DNA of 61,482 nucleotides, filler included, from Asterionella formosa (Eukaryota): the NCBI GenBank assembly GCA_002256025.1. It is 11 parts of 11 records of this genome, joined end to end, with 100 filler letters (N's around TTAATTAATTAA, not from the genome) between each part and the next. Parts side by side here need not be neighbours in the genome. Positions count along the whole stretch, not along the records: positions 1 to 5,507 come from NKIB01013036.1; positions 5,608 to 11,114 come from NKIB01013037.1; positions 11,215 to 16,717 come from NKIB01013038.1; 8 more parts are not named here. One strand, given 5' to 3'. Shown piece after piece: positions 1-11,284 of the stretch. Under the pieces are notes generated by a model. It searched no databases. It was given only the letters and a program-made list of their open reading frames with translations, and was not told the DNA's origin. A program made the translations under genes and the position numbers. Position 1 is the first letter of the stretch; every line of letters starts with the position of its first letter.

Positions 1-2
1 AG

Positions 3-164
3 GCCGACACTGTATGGCCAGCGGCTGGAGGTGTGGATGATGCTAGTTTGCCTGAGGATATCAATGCATATATGGGACGGGTGTTTCACATTTGTTGTAT
101 TTGGAAGCAAGATTGGTACAAGCTGCCAGTCGATGGATTGAATCGAGTGGATTATGCATGCTAA
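3..164 (+). CDS. possible 3' end of an unknown gene (open frame from the contig edge)
   Basis: Frame 3 is open from the edge to TAA at 162-164 (ADTVWPAAGGVDDASLPEDINAYMGRVFHICCIWKQDWYKLPVDGLNRVDYAC) and is more GC-rich than the downstream DNA; no family recognised. Confidence 0.3.
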   Translation, partial: ADTVWPAAGGVDDASLPEDINAYMGRVFHICCIWKQDWYKLPVDGLNRVDYAC

Positions 165-1203
165 TCTAGAAGTTTTCTGAGTGGGAATCTCAATATAGTT
201 CATTTATGCTGGCAAATCAATACCTCAATGGAACATGTTCTATCTTAGCGAAACTGCAGTTATGTTTATAGATTCGAAACTATCGCAAAAATAGTCACAA
301 AAGGGGCTACGAAGCTATTAAAAAATCTACAACAATACATAACTGTAATTTCTCTCCAGAAGTTAGTAACTCCTGACGTTATAGGGTATAAAGCTTTATA
401 TTTTAATCTTCATGCAACCCACAGATGTAGAGTAATCCTCCTCCAAAAAGTCAACCTGATAGGCTTTTTCAACAATCGCCAAAATATTGGAATCGGAATT
501 TGTACGTATGAAAATGTTCTCATAGACATAGGAGTCTTGCGTAGGTATATTTGCCTGCATAATTCTCTTTCTGAAAAGACTTCATGATAAATTCCCACAT
601 CACAACACATATTCTGATTGGTTGAATTGAATTTACTCAGCACCTGCTCCAGATTGGCTAGAGTCTCCCAATCTTGTTAAATCTCGCTAAGTAGCCACAC
701 TTGAACCATATCATATGTATAGATGTACTGTATACTGGTAAGTAAAATCAATACTGCTGGTACTGCTGGTAGTTTCCCATTGTCATGAACGAAGATAACA
801 TATCGGTGTCCGTACTATGCACTGATTATGAATCGGTATGTAGATGCCTTTTGGGGTAGAGAAATATTAAATCTACATTCAGAAACGTAGATTCAATATA
901 AAGATATAAATGTCATTTCTTTTGTTGGTTGGATCAAGACCCATGATTTTACATATGTACCGCCATACTACTGATTTATTTACATAGTTGACGGAAACTC
1001 CGTAATACAAAAAGTCACGTACAAAAACTATGTCTTATCTAAAATCGACCTCGCATCACGTTTTCCCAAAGGACAACAAAATAAGCAAAATTCGCAAAAG
1101 TTCGCAAAAGACCGCAACATTCCGCAAAAGAACGCAGAAAAACGTCGTATACCTGGATTTTCCCGTTCTTTTGCGGTCTTTTCCTTCGATCTCCACTCCA
1201 TCA

Positions 1204-2214
1204 GGAAGGTCCGGTAATCAGCGGACATAGCGTGCAGTTTGCTCGTTTTCTGTTCATCGATTCACATCTGAGAAAAGGCAGGGGTACACCCCAAAAAATT
1301 GTCGAAACCCTAAAATTTTGCGCCACTCCGTTATTCTTTAAAAAGTTGTTTACATAGACGTTAAGCAGTTAGTCGTTTTATTGTCAAAATGAACTTGAAG
1401 TCAGCAGTCAGCGATTTCATGTCAGCAGTCAGCAAACGAAGTCAGCAGTCAGCGATTTCATGTCAGCAGTCAGCAAACGAAATCAGCAGTCAGCGATTTC
1501 ATGTCAGCAGTCAGCAAAAGAAGTCAGCAGTCAGCGATTTTTTCAAATTTGTCAACAAATCAAGTCAGCAGTCAGCGAAACGAAGTTTGCAGTCAGTAAT
1601 CAGGAAGGTTGAAGTCAGCATTTTTACGATAGTACGTAGTGGTAGCAATATGAAGAAGTAGATAGCAATGATTTTTTTCAGACATCAATGTCTATTTCAC
1701 AGTTTTTTGTACAAAGTACCAGGTACCTCTGTGTTACTCCCAATAGCATGAATGTAGCTTTTAGTATCCCAACAACGAAAAGATGCGTTTCCATCATTAT
1801 TCAAATATGAAAAGTAAACACGATTTGTACACCAGTAATGGTAGTTGGTCCCTTTCTAGGTACAATGTAGGTTGCTTGACGTCAGCAAGTTGAAGTTAGC
1901 AGTTAGCGATTTCATGTCAGTAGTCAGCGAATATTTCAAATTTTCAGCAAATCAAGTCAGCAGCTAGCAACAAGAAGTCCGTAGTCAGCAAGTTGCAGTT
2001 GGTAGTCAGCAATTCTCCTATGAAAGGTGGCAGTGCTGTTCCATTTGAAACTTTATAACGGTTGCAGGTTATATAAATGCATGCAAATATTTTGAGATTT
2101 TTCATCATTTCGGAATTGGTGAGCCAGTCAGACTTCCAATGAAGTAGGTTGAAACTGCTATGTGGAATTTTTAGTATATAGTGCGCATAATTCGCTGATT
2201 ACCGGACCTTATCC
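1204..2214 (+). mobile_element. MITE-like element, family M1, copy 1 (about 1.0 kb)
   Basis: TIRs GGAAGGTCCGGTAATCAGCG (1204) and CGCTGATTACCGGACCTT(A)TCC (2193-2214); non-coding; full-length inverted copy at 54093-55043; no clear TSD. Confidence 0.85.
1400..1620 (+). repeat. tandem array of GTCAGCAGTCAGC units inside M1
   Basis: About 8 units separated mostly by alternating GATTTCAT and AAACGAA linkers (41-bp dimer); a second degenerate block at about 1880-2010. Confidence 0.9.
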
Positions 2215-3103
2215 ACTGGTCTAATTGGTAATGACTGGTTGTTTTAAACCAAGAACAATGGGCAAGAACAATGCATTGATTATGGTGTGACAACGAGCAT
2301 CAAAATTATTATCTACCAGTAATGTGCATTAACGGTATATTTATTCCTTGAACATAATTCCGGATCTATACGTAGTTTTATATGTTCACAAAATCGAGCA
2401 TACTCAGGACTCAGTACATACCAGTACTCTATACTATTAGTTGATACATACGCTTTTGAAACTACTGGTATTTAATCGCTCATCCGCATACCGGTACGTG
2501 AAGTGACATCAGATATCCTGATGGTACCAGGTACGGGTAACAGGGTAACTACAGGTAAAGCGTTCGAATGATTAGATACGGAGTCCGGTACCAGGTTCCG
2601 GACAATGGTATACCGTATGATATCTATGTGGCCGTGTATTGGAAGCAATGTTCAGATTGCCTGTGGATGTTTAATGCCTGATCAGACTCGATTCGACGAA
2701 ATGGTATTCGCGCGTAGTTTTCAAGAGGAACGCGATCTTCGCAGAAGAACGCGCGACTAGAATTTTGCAAGTTAAAAAGAACAGTTGCACACATAAGGAA
2801 TTTTCCACATAGCGAGGAAGAACGGAGTTTCTCGTACCTCCCGGTACCGATATGTATTTTGGGATGGTGTGATATTTTATCTAAATACACCAACGAAGAT
2901 ATATTATCAATGTGTAAATATCATCCTTGTTTGAAATGGAACTCTATCAATCTGACGCCGATTACTGTGCATTTAAATATTCGAACAGTCACTCGAATCA
3001 ACCCTCATTGCCGAGCAGCTTATTTTAGCATGGATTATGTATGCTACATACCAATTTTCTACATGAGGGTCGGCTACTCGAAAAAATTCATTTTTTATGA
3101 GTT

Positions 3104-3486
3104 ACAGATCCTCGGCTTGAAGGCAATCAATAATGGGCGCAGCTGTGCCCATCTGTCGAGGTCCTACAAGAACTTGAGGATGCAATCCAAGTGACAATGG
3201 ACTGTGACATCCATCCAGAAGGTCAAAGGTGCAGAGTTGGATATCGTTCCCAGCAGGAGAATCGCTCATATTCGAGGCGGCGAATTATGTTCATTGCACT
3301 GCAGTAGTTATTGAACTGCTCAAAGAATCTAAGGATCAAAAGAAAAAGGAATGAATATGTGAGGTTATGGAGCTGCGCTATTCATGTTTCTTGATGAAAT
3401 CGTCAAGATTGAAGATGCTGTTAAGGAGGAGGAGGTCATCGAAATAGATGATCACTTACATAATAGCAATTCTACTGCTGTGTAGA
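3104..3486 (+). pseudogene. decayed small ORF with GRSC...CRVGY motifs
   Basis: Frameshifted pieces ILGLKAINNGRSCAH / ELEDAIQV...EGQRCRVGY / VIELLKES resemble an uncharacterised stramenopile repeat-associated family (recalled motif only). Confidence 0.35.
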
Positions 3487-3639
3487 TATAATAGACTTGC
3501 TATTAAGTTGAAGTTCTAAATTACAAATAGATGTAGCACTGCCTTTATATATATTGAAAAAATTAAAAATGAGGAACGTTTGTCAATCCAATGCAGCCAT
3601 AGTAGTGCCGGCGATGAAAACCCCTTACCTGCACACCCT

Positions 3640-4910
3640 AATATGAAAACTCTTCATCGAGAAATGTGCGGGCCGATTCAATTACTCCTTCTCTTGCAGA
3701 TAGCCTATTTGGAAGCAATCCCACCCAATCTAAAGCTGCCTTCCCTATGTGCGGTATATCATAGTTATTATTGCAATTCACCAAAATGATTTCCTCCATG
3801 CAACCCTGTAATGTTAGGAAACAAAAATTAAATAGTTTTGGATCAAATGAATTGAATGCTGCCTGCACTGCCTCTATCAACATCAAACATAATCGTTTGA
3901 TTCCTCCATGGAGTCTCATTGAGCTGACTGCAGTGCCCTGAAAAAGGATAGATAATTGATATTAAATCCGCAATGTTTGCTGATTGCTTCGTCAATTAAA
4001 TATCCCAGCCTTCAGCTCTTGCTGCAGCTATAAAGGGAGTGTAATCGGAACCGAAATGTGTGGATGCATTGTCATGCTGTAGATATATTTGTTTGTTTTC
4101 ATTGGGCCACTTTTCTTTGATCAAAGGTAAAACATTGGTCATGATCATGTCAGCATATGTCTGCTTGCTAACTGGAAGGGATTTTTTCATGGTTCCTGCT
4201 GGTCGATAAGTGGAAGTGTTTTGGGCTGCCACTTGGTGAACAAATCATGGCCAAATACCAATTTTACTATCGAACACACACACTTTGTTGTCGTCGAAAC
4301 GCAGACGAGTTACAGCAGAAAGTAACATAACCTTTTCGATGTGATCTTTACGTCTTGGTCGCCTTGTGGGAGCCTGGTCGAAGTCAATGTCAGGGGAAGG
4401 ATGTTCTGGATCTGGATGGTTTAATTATAAATGGTTAACACAGTACATAAAACAACTAATTTTACTCTCCTCCAAAAGCTTTGGCTTCAGTGCACTTGAG
4501 TGCAGTCGTAATACATCCCCTCTATTATCAAAAACTGTTGACTTGAGAAGGGTAAGCGCAGCTGCTAATTTATGATATGTACTACACTTGCAATATGGGA
4601 TTTTTGACATTGCTGTAATTATTTCCTCATGATTATATTTGAGAGGATGCCCCGCCAAGAATTTTTGGGAAAGCGATGCAAACACGTCAGTATCACCATT
4701 TTAATATAATTTGAGTGTGCAGTTCCAAATGCATTGATTAGTTGCTTTATCAACTTACACTGGCCTGCCAAATATTTAACGGTTCCATGCACTAAAACAA
4801 GCCAACCATCAATTTCGTCATCTCCATTAGGTGCTCTTTTGATATTCCGTAAACCATAATCCAACACAAGTTGACAGTCTTCTGGTGTTAGATCTGTTCT
4901 CATATTCTTG
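3640..4910 (-). pseudogene. degenerate Tc1/mariner transposase, plant-type DD39D lineage
   Basis: Motifs in canonical order across frameshifts: SSALKPKL, KDHIEKVMLLSAVTRLRFD...FDSKIGIWP, VLPLIKEKWP...IYLQHDNASTH, GWDI.LTKQSANIAD..NINYLSFFRALQS; a mariner/Stowaway-like TIR (reverse complement CTCCCTCTGTC) lies upstream at 5161-5171. Confidence 0.8.
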
Positions 4911-5381
4911 TTGAGAAGAGGTGGTAGCAAAAATTGGGGGTCAAGCATCTTGATTTTGCTCAAGATGCACAAAAGTGGAAATCGAAAGAGCCCAGAAACG
5001 TTTTTTTCAATGTAGTTTCCAATTTTAATCTTTCTGCATATTATGTATACATGATTCTGTAGCTCAGAGCAAGCCGCAGAATAGGGCAATTGAGCCGGAG
5101 AAAATCGTATTAGTCGAAATGGCCCCGGAGAAATTTGAAAAATCGATGCAACTATCTTGTGACAGAGGGAGCACTCCATACAGCTAGCATATTCATCATG
5201 TACATGCATGTTGCTCGAACCAGATCATTCCATTTTAATTTATGACAAATAGACTACCGGGTAGTATCTATAATCATCAATGTAGCGGTAAATATACAAG
5301 ATCAAAGGCACTAACTATTGACGGTGTTCGGTAGGAGTACCAGTTACCCCTGGTATGTTAAAATTCTTAGACTAGCTGTAA

Positions 5382-5507
5382 GGGTCGTTCTTATCATTTT
5401 CGATTTGGTATCATTTTTTTTGAAAAAGTATCATGTAACGGCTACTCGATTTAAACCGAAAAAATCCATTCTCGCCAAAAATAAAAATGAAATTGTATCA
5501 CCCAAAA
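5382..5507 (+). mobile_element. terminus of a PIF/Harbinger element, cut by the contig end
   Basis: TAA followed by GGGTCGTTCTTATCATTTT; TIR and subterminal sequence are homologous to the end of the Harbinger element at 18030-18115. Confidence 0.75.
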
Positions 5508-5607
5508 NNNNNNNNNNNNNNNNNNNNNNNNNNNNNNNNNNNNNNNNNNNNTTAATTAATTAANNNNNNNNNNNNNNNNNNNNNNNNNNNNNNNNNNNNN
5601 NNNNNNN
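5508..5607. other. artificial contig spacer, first of 10
   Basis: N44-TTAATTAATTAA-N44 (six-frame stop linker); also at 11115, 16718, 22322, 27923, 33521, 39119, 44715, 50311 and 55898. A plain N gap lies at 36904-37515. Confidence 0.98.
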
Positions 5608-5645
5608 AGAAATTCTATTGAAATGAATGAAAAGAGAAAGGAAAA

Positions 5646-6113
5646 CTAATCAATAGTAGACCTAGAACGTTTAGAAGAAGGTTTGAAACCAGTGTACACT
5701 TCGTTGGGGTCCTTTTTTTCACAAGGGATCAAACCCCCTTCAAACAACAGTCAGGAAGTTCCTTCCGAATACCTTTTCCTAATGGTCCACAGAAAGCTCT
5801 GATCAAAAACTTGTACAGAATGTTGCGGGCTCTTGATGGAATTACATATTCAGCCTTCATTCTTGTGAGAATGTAATCATCATCCAAATACTTCTCCACC
5901 AACTCTTCGAGTTCATCCCATCGACACTAACATTCAGGGCAACAAAAATCACAGCATTCACAGACAATGCGATCCTCACATCCCTCCACGGCCTTCCAAC
6001 TCTACAATCAACCGGTCTTGGCATATAGGACAGCTATTATGACTGTATTTGAATTAGATGACACCATTGTTGTCCGAATGGTGTGGATTTTCACTCTTGG
6101 TGGATTGTTGCAT
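5646..6113 (-). pseudogene. Cys-rich pseudogene resembling the P2X7 C-terminal (ballast/nanor-like) domain
   Basis: Manual translation: CPICQD..CEDRIVCECCDFCCPEC*CRWDELEE...RARNILYKFLIRAFCGPLGKGIRKELPDCCLKGV*SL..DPNEVYTGFKPS; contains stops and frameshifts. Confidence 0.6.
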
Positions 6114-8072
6114 TTGTTTGTTTCTTACCGGTACATAGTCATCAACAATATTTGTCATGCTGCCAGCTCGCATGAAACATGCATATTCGTTCATTGTATT
6201 ATAGGGTATATACACATCGAACAATGTAGACTAGTATATATAAATATATATATATTGCGAGATTTCGAAAAGGAATCTATACAAACACGAGGAAATTTCC
6301 ACTGATTTAAATATTTCAAATGAAATATTGTCATCCAAAATTAACTCATAAAAATTCGTAGTTCCAGGGAATTTCGGCAACCCTAAGCAATATTTTAAAT
6401 TTTGCCTTAAGGTTGCAATGCAGGAACCTTAAGTAGGAAACTGACACCTTGCTTAAACTTAAGCAGCAAACGAACTTCTAATTACATTACTAGGGTTAGG
6501 GGATGTTTTTTCAGCCCACCCATTTGGGTTAGGTACTGGCTGGTATCGGTAGCAGGATGGAGGGGAGCTACAGTGTACGCAAATGTTCCTGTCAGGAGCC
6601 CATCGACTACGGTACTATTTCTTAAAATAAAATAGTATTATTCTTAAATGTGAACAACCAAATTCTTATAGCAACTGTGGACTTAATTGAAAAGTTCTCT
6701 GAGTATGGTAACTTGGTGGTGGAAACAACAATATGACGATGACGAGCCGATCACATGATCCAACTATTCTAAACAGATAAATAGTGAATTACAAATCAAT
6801 TTTTGTTTTGGGCCTGACCTCTTGTTGACAATGGAGCATTGTAGGATGGCGCATGTATACGAATAAAACGCATTTCAATGCGATGACGAGGCATCGAGAT
6901 ATCATTCTTTGTCGTCAAGCGCACTTCTTGTGGGCGGTTTCCGATTTTACTGTTTCTGATATATTTAAACGACTAAAATTAAAATCGTTTACAATACACT
7001 GCCTAGCAATTTTGAAACGTGTATCAAAAATTCACTTCAATGTCTACAAGCACATTTTCCGTATGTCCCTGGTCGTACAGCAACATTTTCTGCAATTTGG
7101 AATTTTCGGGTATGCTGTGAAAGATGTAGATGGTACTGCCTCCTGCAAGTTGCGGTCATTTTGCCGAAACTGGAACGCGGCACTGGCAGGCAATCAAATT
7201 CGACTCCTACGGTAATATTTCATAGAAATTTAGAAAATTCTAACGGTTTCGAACTGGCCAATTAACTTCAATTTTATCAACATCTAATTTTGAAGAATTA
7301 TTTTCTTGAAAAACCAGTTTCCGAACCTTGCTACGATTGGGGGGGGGGGGGTTTGGTTTGGGGTTTTCTCCCTATCACATTTCTGAATGTCAAGATTCCT
7401 TATTCCAGAAATCTCCTCGTTTATTGGTATGTCAAATTACCGGGCGGTAACTGGCTGGTATACCGGGATTACCAGCACAAGCTACCATATATTATGCAGA
7501 GAGAAAATACACGATGAAGCAAGAAGCAAGAATGGTATGCTCATCGTCGCTAGCTTGTGCACAGTATATAGCAACCACTACTAGTAGCTTCCACTATGGG
7601 TTTGACTGGGAGTTTAATCAGCTACGTTCCCGGTAAATCATTAATTGTTATACATGGTGTATATACGGTCTTGGAATATGGTGTTTGCCAGTACCGGTAA
7701 CTGTGGCAACAACATGACAATGATGATACATCTGTTGTAAATATATAAATCATAAATTAGCTATAATCCAATTGTTGATTTCAGCTACTGATGTTGTAGT
7801 ATATGTCTTCTTGATGTAAGACGGTTATGTACAAACTACTCGGGTTTTGATCCGGCAAAGAAATCATGGAGATATTGTCATTGCGGTCGAGCGCCATTTT
7901 GATTCTGCCGATTTTCTGTTTTAACTATTTTGCAATAAATATCAAAGCTATGTCAACATTTTTCACTACTTTCTAGCAACGTGTGTATTTTTTCTAAGAA
8001 GCTAACAAAAAGTGTTAAGCAGTTGTACAAAATTGAGAATAAAAAATCAGCCTCTTATAGCTAATCATGGTA

Positions 8073-8835
8073 CCACTTGAAAACTGTAAGCCACCGTTGT
8101 TTTAATCTAACTCCGACTAAAAAATATTCAAGTAATATTATTATCGAAACCTGATGCAAGTAGGAAGTGTATTTTACACGATGCACTCTATTCTATGAAT
8201 AAGTAATCAGTTTCGATTCAGTGTCAGTGTATAAAGCCATGAAGATCTAATTTTTTAAAGTCATTAAGATGGTTGCATAGCGGTGGCTTACAGTGCATAT
8301 TTTTCTATCCATACATAAGTATATTATCCCCCTAAACCGTGATTATTCTTACTCCGTTTATACTACAGAAATTATTTTCGTATTACTTTACCTTTTTTGT
8401 GCGATGCAGTATGCTTTTTGCGTTTGCATCATCACCAAATTCTTCTGATACATAATGTATTCGATAGCACAATGACGTCGTCGTACACGCATTTAATAAT
8501 AATAAATTAATTCTATGCGAAGAATATTAATATTTTTGTCCATATTCATGTGCACATGTAAAAAAGACGATGCCAGCTCAATAGAGTAAACATGAAATTT
8601 TCCATTTTTCGCAATTTCGCGTCAACAGAAACCTTTGGGCCGTAATAAGTAGCTAGTCAACAACTTACACAATGCAACAATACAAGTAGTCTACGTACGT
8701 ATTTACTCGCTATATAAATCTGAACAACTCCTTCATGACAATAATTAACGTATCTTCAAACCGTGCATTTACTCCGTTTAGCGATGGCTTACAGTTCAAA
8801 AGTCGTCATAGCGGTGACTTACAGTTTTTAAGTGG
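8073..8835. mobile_element. MITE with TA target duplication (Tc1/mariner-type), 763 bp
   Basis: TA|CCACTTGAAAACTGTAAGCCACCG ... CGGTGACTTACAGTTTTTAAGTGG|TA; extra internal copies of the GGCTTACAGT motif at about 8285 and 8786. Confidence 0.8.
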
Positions 8836-11220
8836 TAATGGGAATCTTCATATCTTCGATTCATGAGCGGTTGTACTATAAATATTCATGTATGTATACT
8901 GAACATGCATGTTGTGTACCGGTATATTCAAATGATGCATATGCACCACAGTTGATTGCACTTCTGTACCTGGTACATTCATGCTGGTAGCATGAGATGC
9001 ATGTCACATGCAACAATGCTTGCGATCAAACTTTTCCAGTTTTCCGGGTTCGTTGTTAAGCCTAAAACTTGTTTTGCTAGTTTCCCCAAGTTTTTTGATA
9101 AGGCTTGTCAATGAAACACTATCGTATTTTTTAGACTAGTTCATAGTAATCATCAGTCAAAATTGATTTGATACCTCGAAAACTCAATTAACACTTCAAA
9201 GCTAGTGCTTTCAAATGACCATGGCGGTAACTGTGCTTTAAGACCGCCACAGATCTAAAAAAACCTTTAAAGGCAACAGGCCTGTCTATTTGGATTCATT
9301 GGGACTATTTATGACTGTTACAGTAAACGGGTGAGCTTGTCTATAAAAAAATAGGGACAGTATAGTGGAACCAGAATTTACTATCTTCGTTGCGTATTTT
9401 TCTTGTACTATGCATCATGGTGTGATGGTAGGTCATATTTGCTAGTAAAGCTGTACTCCTATTTCTAGTCGAAATCAATCAAACAATCAAATCTCCATTG
9501 AAGATATTCAAATACTCCAGACAATTCTTCGATTTCTTTCTGTAAAATGGTAGCACTCATGGCACAACATTGTTAGTGTACTTCGAGGAGGTCAACAGCG
9601 CTGCGGAAAAGAGAAGCAAAACATCCCAGTTAGCAGTAAATTAATTGTCGCTTGAATCAAGCTCATCGTTGTGACAATCCTTTGTATATGTGAGTAGTTT
9701 TGTCTAGCTTCTTCATTGTGATGAAACTACTTCTACGTGACGTTTCTACATCGAAACATACCAGCCAGCGCTAAAACTCCGAAAAAAAATATTATTGCTT
9801 GTTTCTTCGCGATTTTCAACTTCTTCATCTTTCCGCCAATCTTGGCTGGCCACATTTCAGATTGAAGCTCGCCATATATGTATTAGCTTAAGTCTAGAAT
9901 GTGGCCAAGATTGGCTGACAAGCGAAAGAAATTGTTTTCGATTGACCCCTCATTTCCTTTCTCTTGATTGTAGTGACGAAGCGAAAATAATTTAGCTCTA
10001 AACAATGCGAAGAAGTTAGAATTTTTTTACCACCAAAATTAATTGGCCTTTTAGTTGCAACTTATTTGAAGCACAACATGTTGCATGTCGTAAACGAGGG
10101 GATATCTGGAATATGAAATCTTGACACTCAGAATTGAAATTAGGGGGAAACCCCCCAATTGTTGCTGCTAGGTTCGGAAACTCCTTATTTTGTTGGCCTA
10201 CCCCTTTATCTGTGTTGAATGAGAAATATTTCTAATTAATAATGCCGGAACCTGACTCATGGAAGGAGACGCGTGACGTCATACGTCATTGCTTCTAAAT
10301 GAGACCGAACATCAGAACTTGATGTTCCGATTTATCTGCACTTATAATGTATGTGGATCACATTGTTTAGCATTATCTCAGGCATTGTTTGATCGAACAG
10401 GAAACAGTGCAGTATTTTCCGATTGAGTTGGGGAATGATTCATCAGATGAATACCGACGATAATTTCACCGATATAAATACTAGCATGGTGTCACTTGCA
10501 ACCGGAGCCAAGAGAGCTTATTCGAAACGCTCTGGATTGACGCACAAATCCGATAACGACAATGAGGGCAACGACGACGCCTCGTTCAGTAGCGTGGTCG
10601 GGTGAAGAAAGGTACGAAAAAAGATCATTAAATCAACGGAATAGTCAGGATAAATTTTCGTCGACATGCTTTCATTAAGCTCACTACTCTTAATACGATA
10701 TTTTAGATTTATAGGCATGCAGCCAACAGAAGATCGGCGTTTGAGTCAAGACAACGAAGAAAATATTGATAGATGACTTTCAGGATATTGTTGAACAAAC
10801 ACTGAGCAAAGAAATTGCCAATTTTCGAATAGGGGCCGATGCATTTCGTATGCAACTTGAGTCAGTCCTCAAAGAGAATCGACAACTTCGCCTCGAAAAG
10901 CAGATAGGTCCTTCCATTTCTGGAATTGAAATCGGTGGAAAGGCTACTATTATTGATGTCAGCAGCAACCTATTGGAGAAAATATTTTAGGAAAGAAGAA
11001 TCCCGGTATAAATTACCTACTACATATTGAATCGAGTGAATCAAAAAGAATATGGTACCAGAGAAAATTCAGAATTCGAAAACAATCTACGCCAACAGTA
11101 AAACCCATAATTCTNNNNNNNNNNNNNNNNNNNNNNNNNNNNNNNNNNNNNNNNNNNNTTAATTAATTAANNNNNNNNNNNNNNNNNNNNNNNNNNNNNN
11201 NNNNNNNNNNNNNNACAAGT

Positions 11221-11233
11221 GGTTATGAGCCCA
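11221..11233 (+). promoter_or_regulatory. Copia primer-binding site complementary to the tRNA-iMet anticodon stem-loop
   Basis: ACA (probable LTR end, 11215-11217) + AGT + GGTTATGAGCCCA, the Ty5/copia (hemivirus)-type PBS, ending about 50 nt upstream of the gag ATG. Confidence 0.75.
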
Positions 11234-11284
11234 ACATTATAAGAGAATAAATAAAGCTTCCATCAGATTACAAGATCAACGACC

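Noticed and set aside
1400..1620. CRISPR-like repeat-spacer array
   Set aside because: Repeats are 13 bp and the linkers are 7-8 bp and themselves repeated; the array lies inside a MITE and there are no cas genes
5552..5563. Recurring TTAATTAATTAA as a biological motif, and ORFs ending in ...LIN
   Set aside because: It is a synthetic six-frame stop linker; ORF ends running into N tracts are artefacts
6491..6501. Telomere-like TAGGGTTAGGG
   Set aside because: Fewer than two full units and internal to a contig
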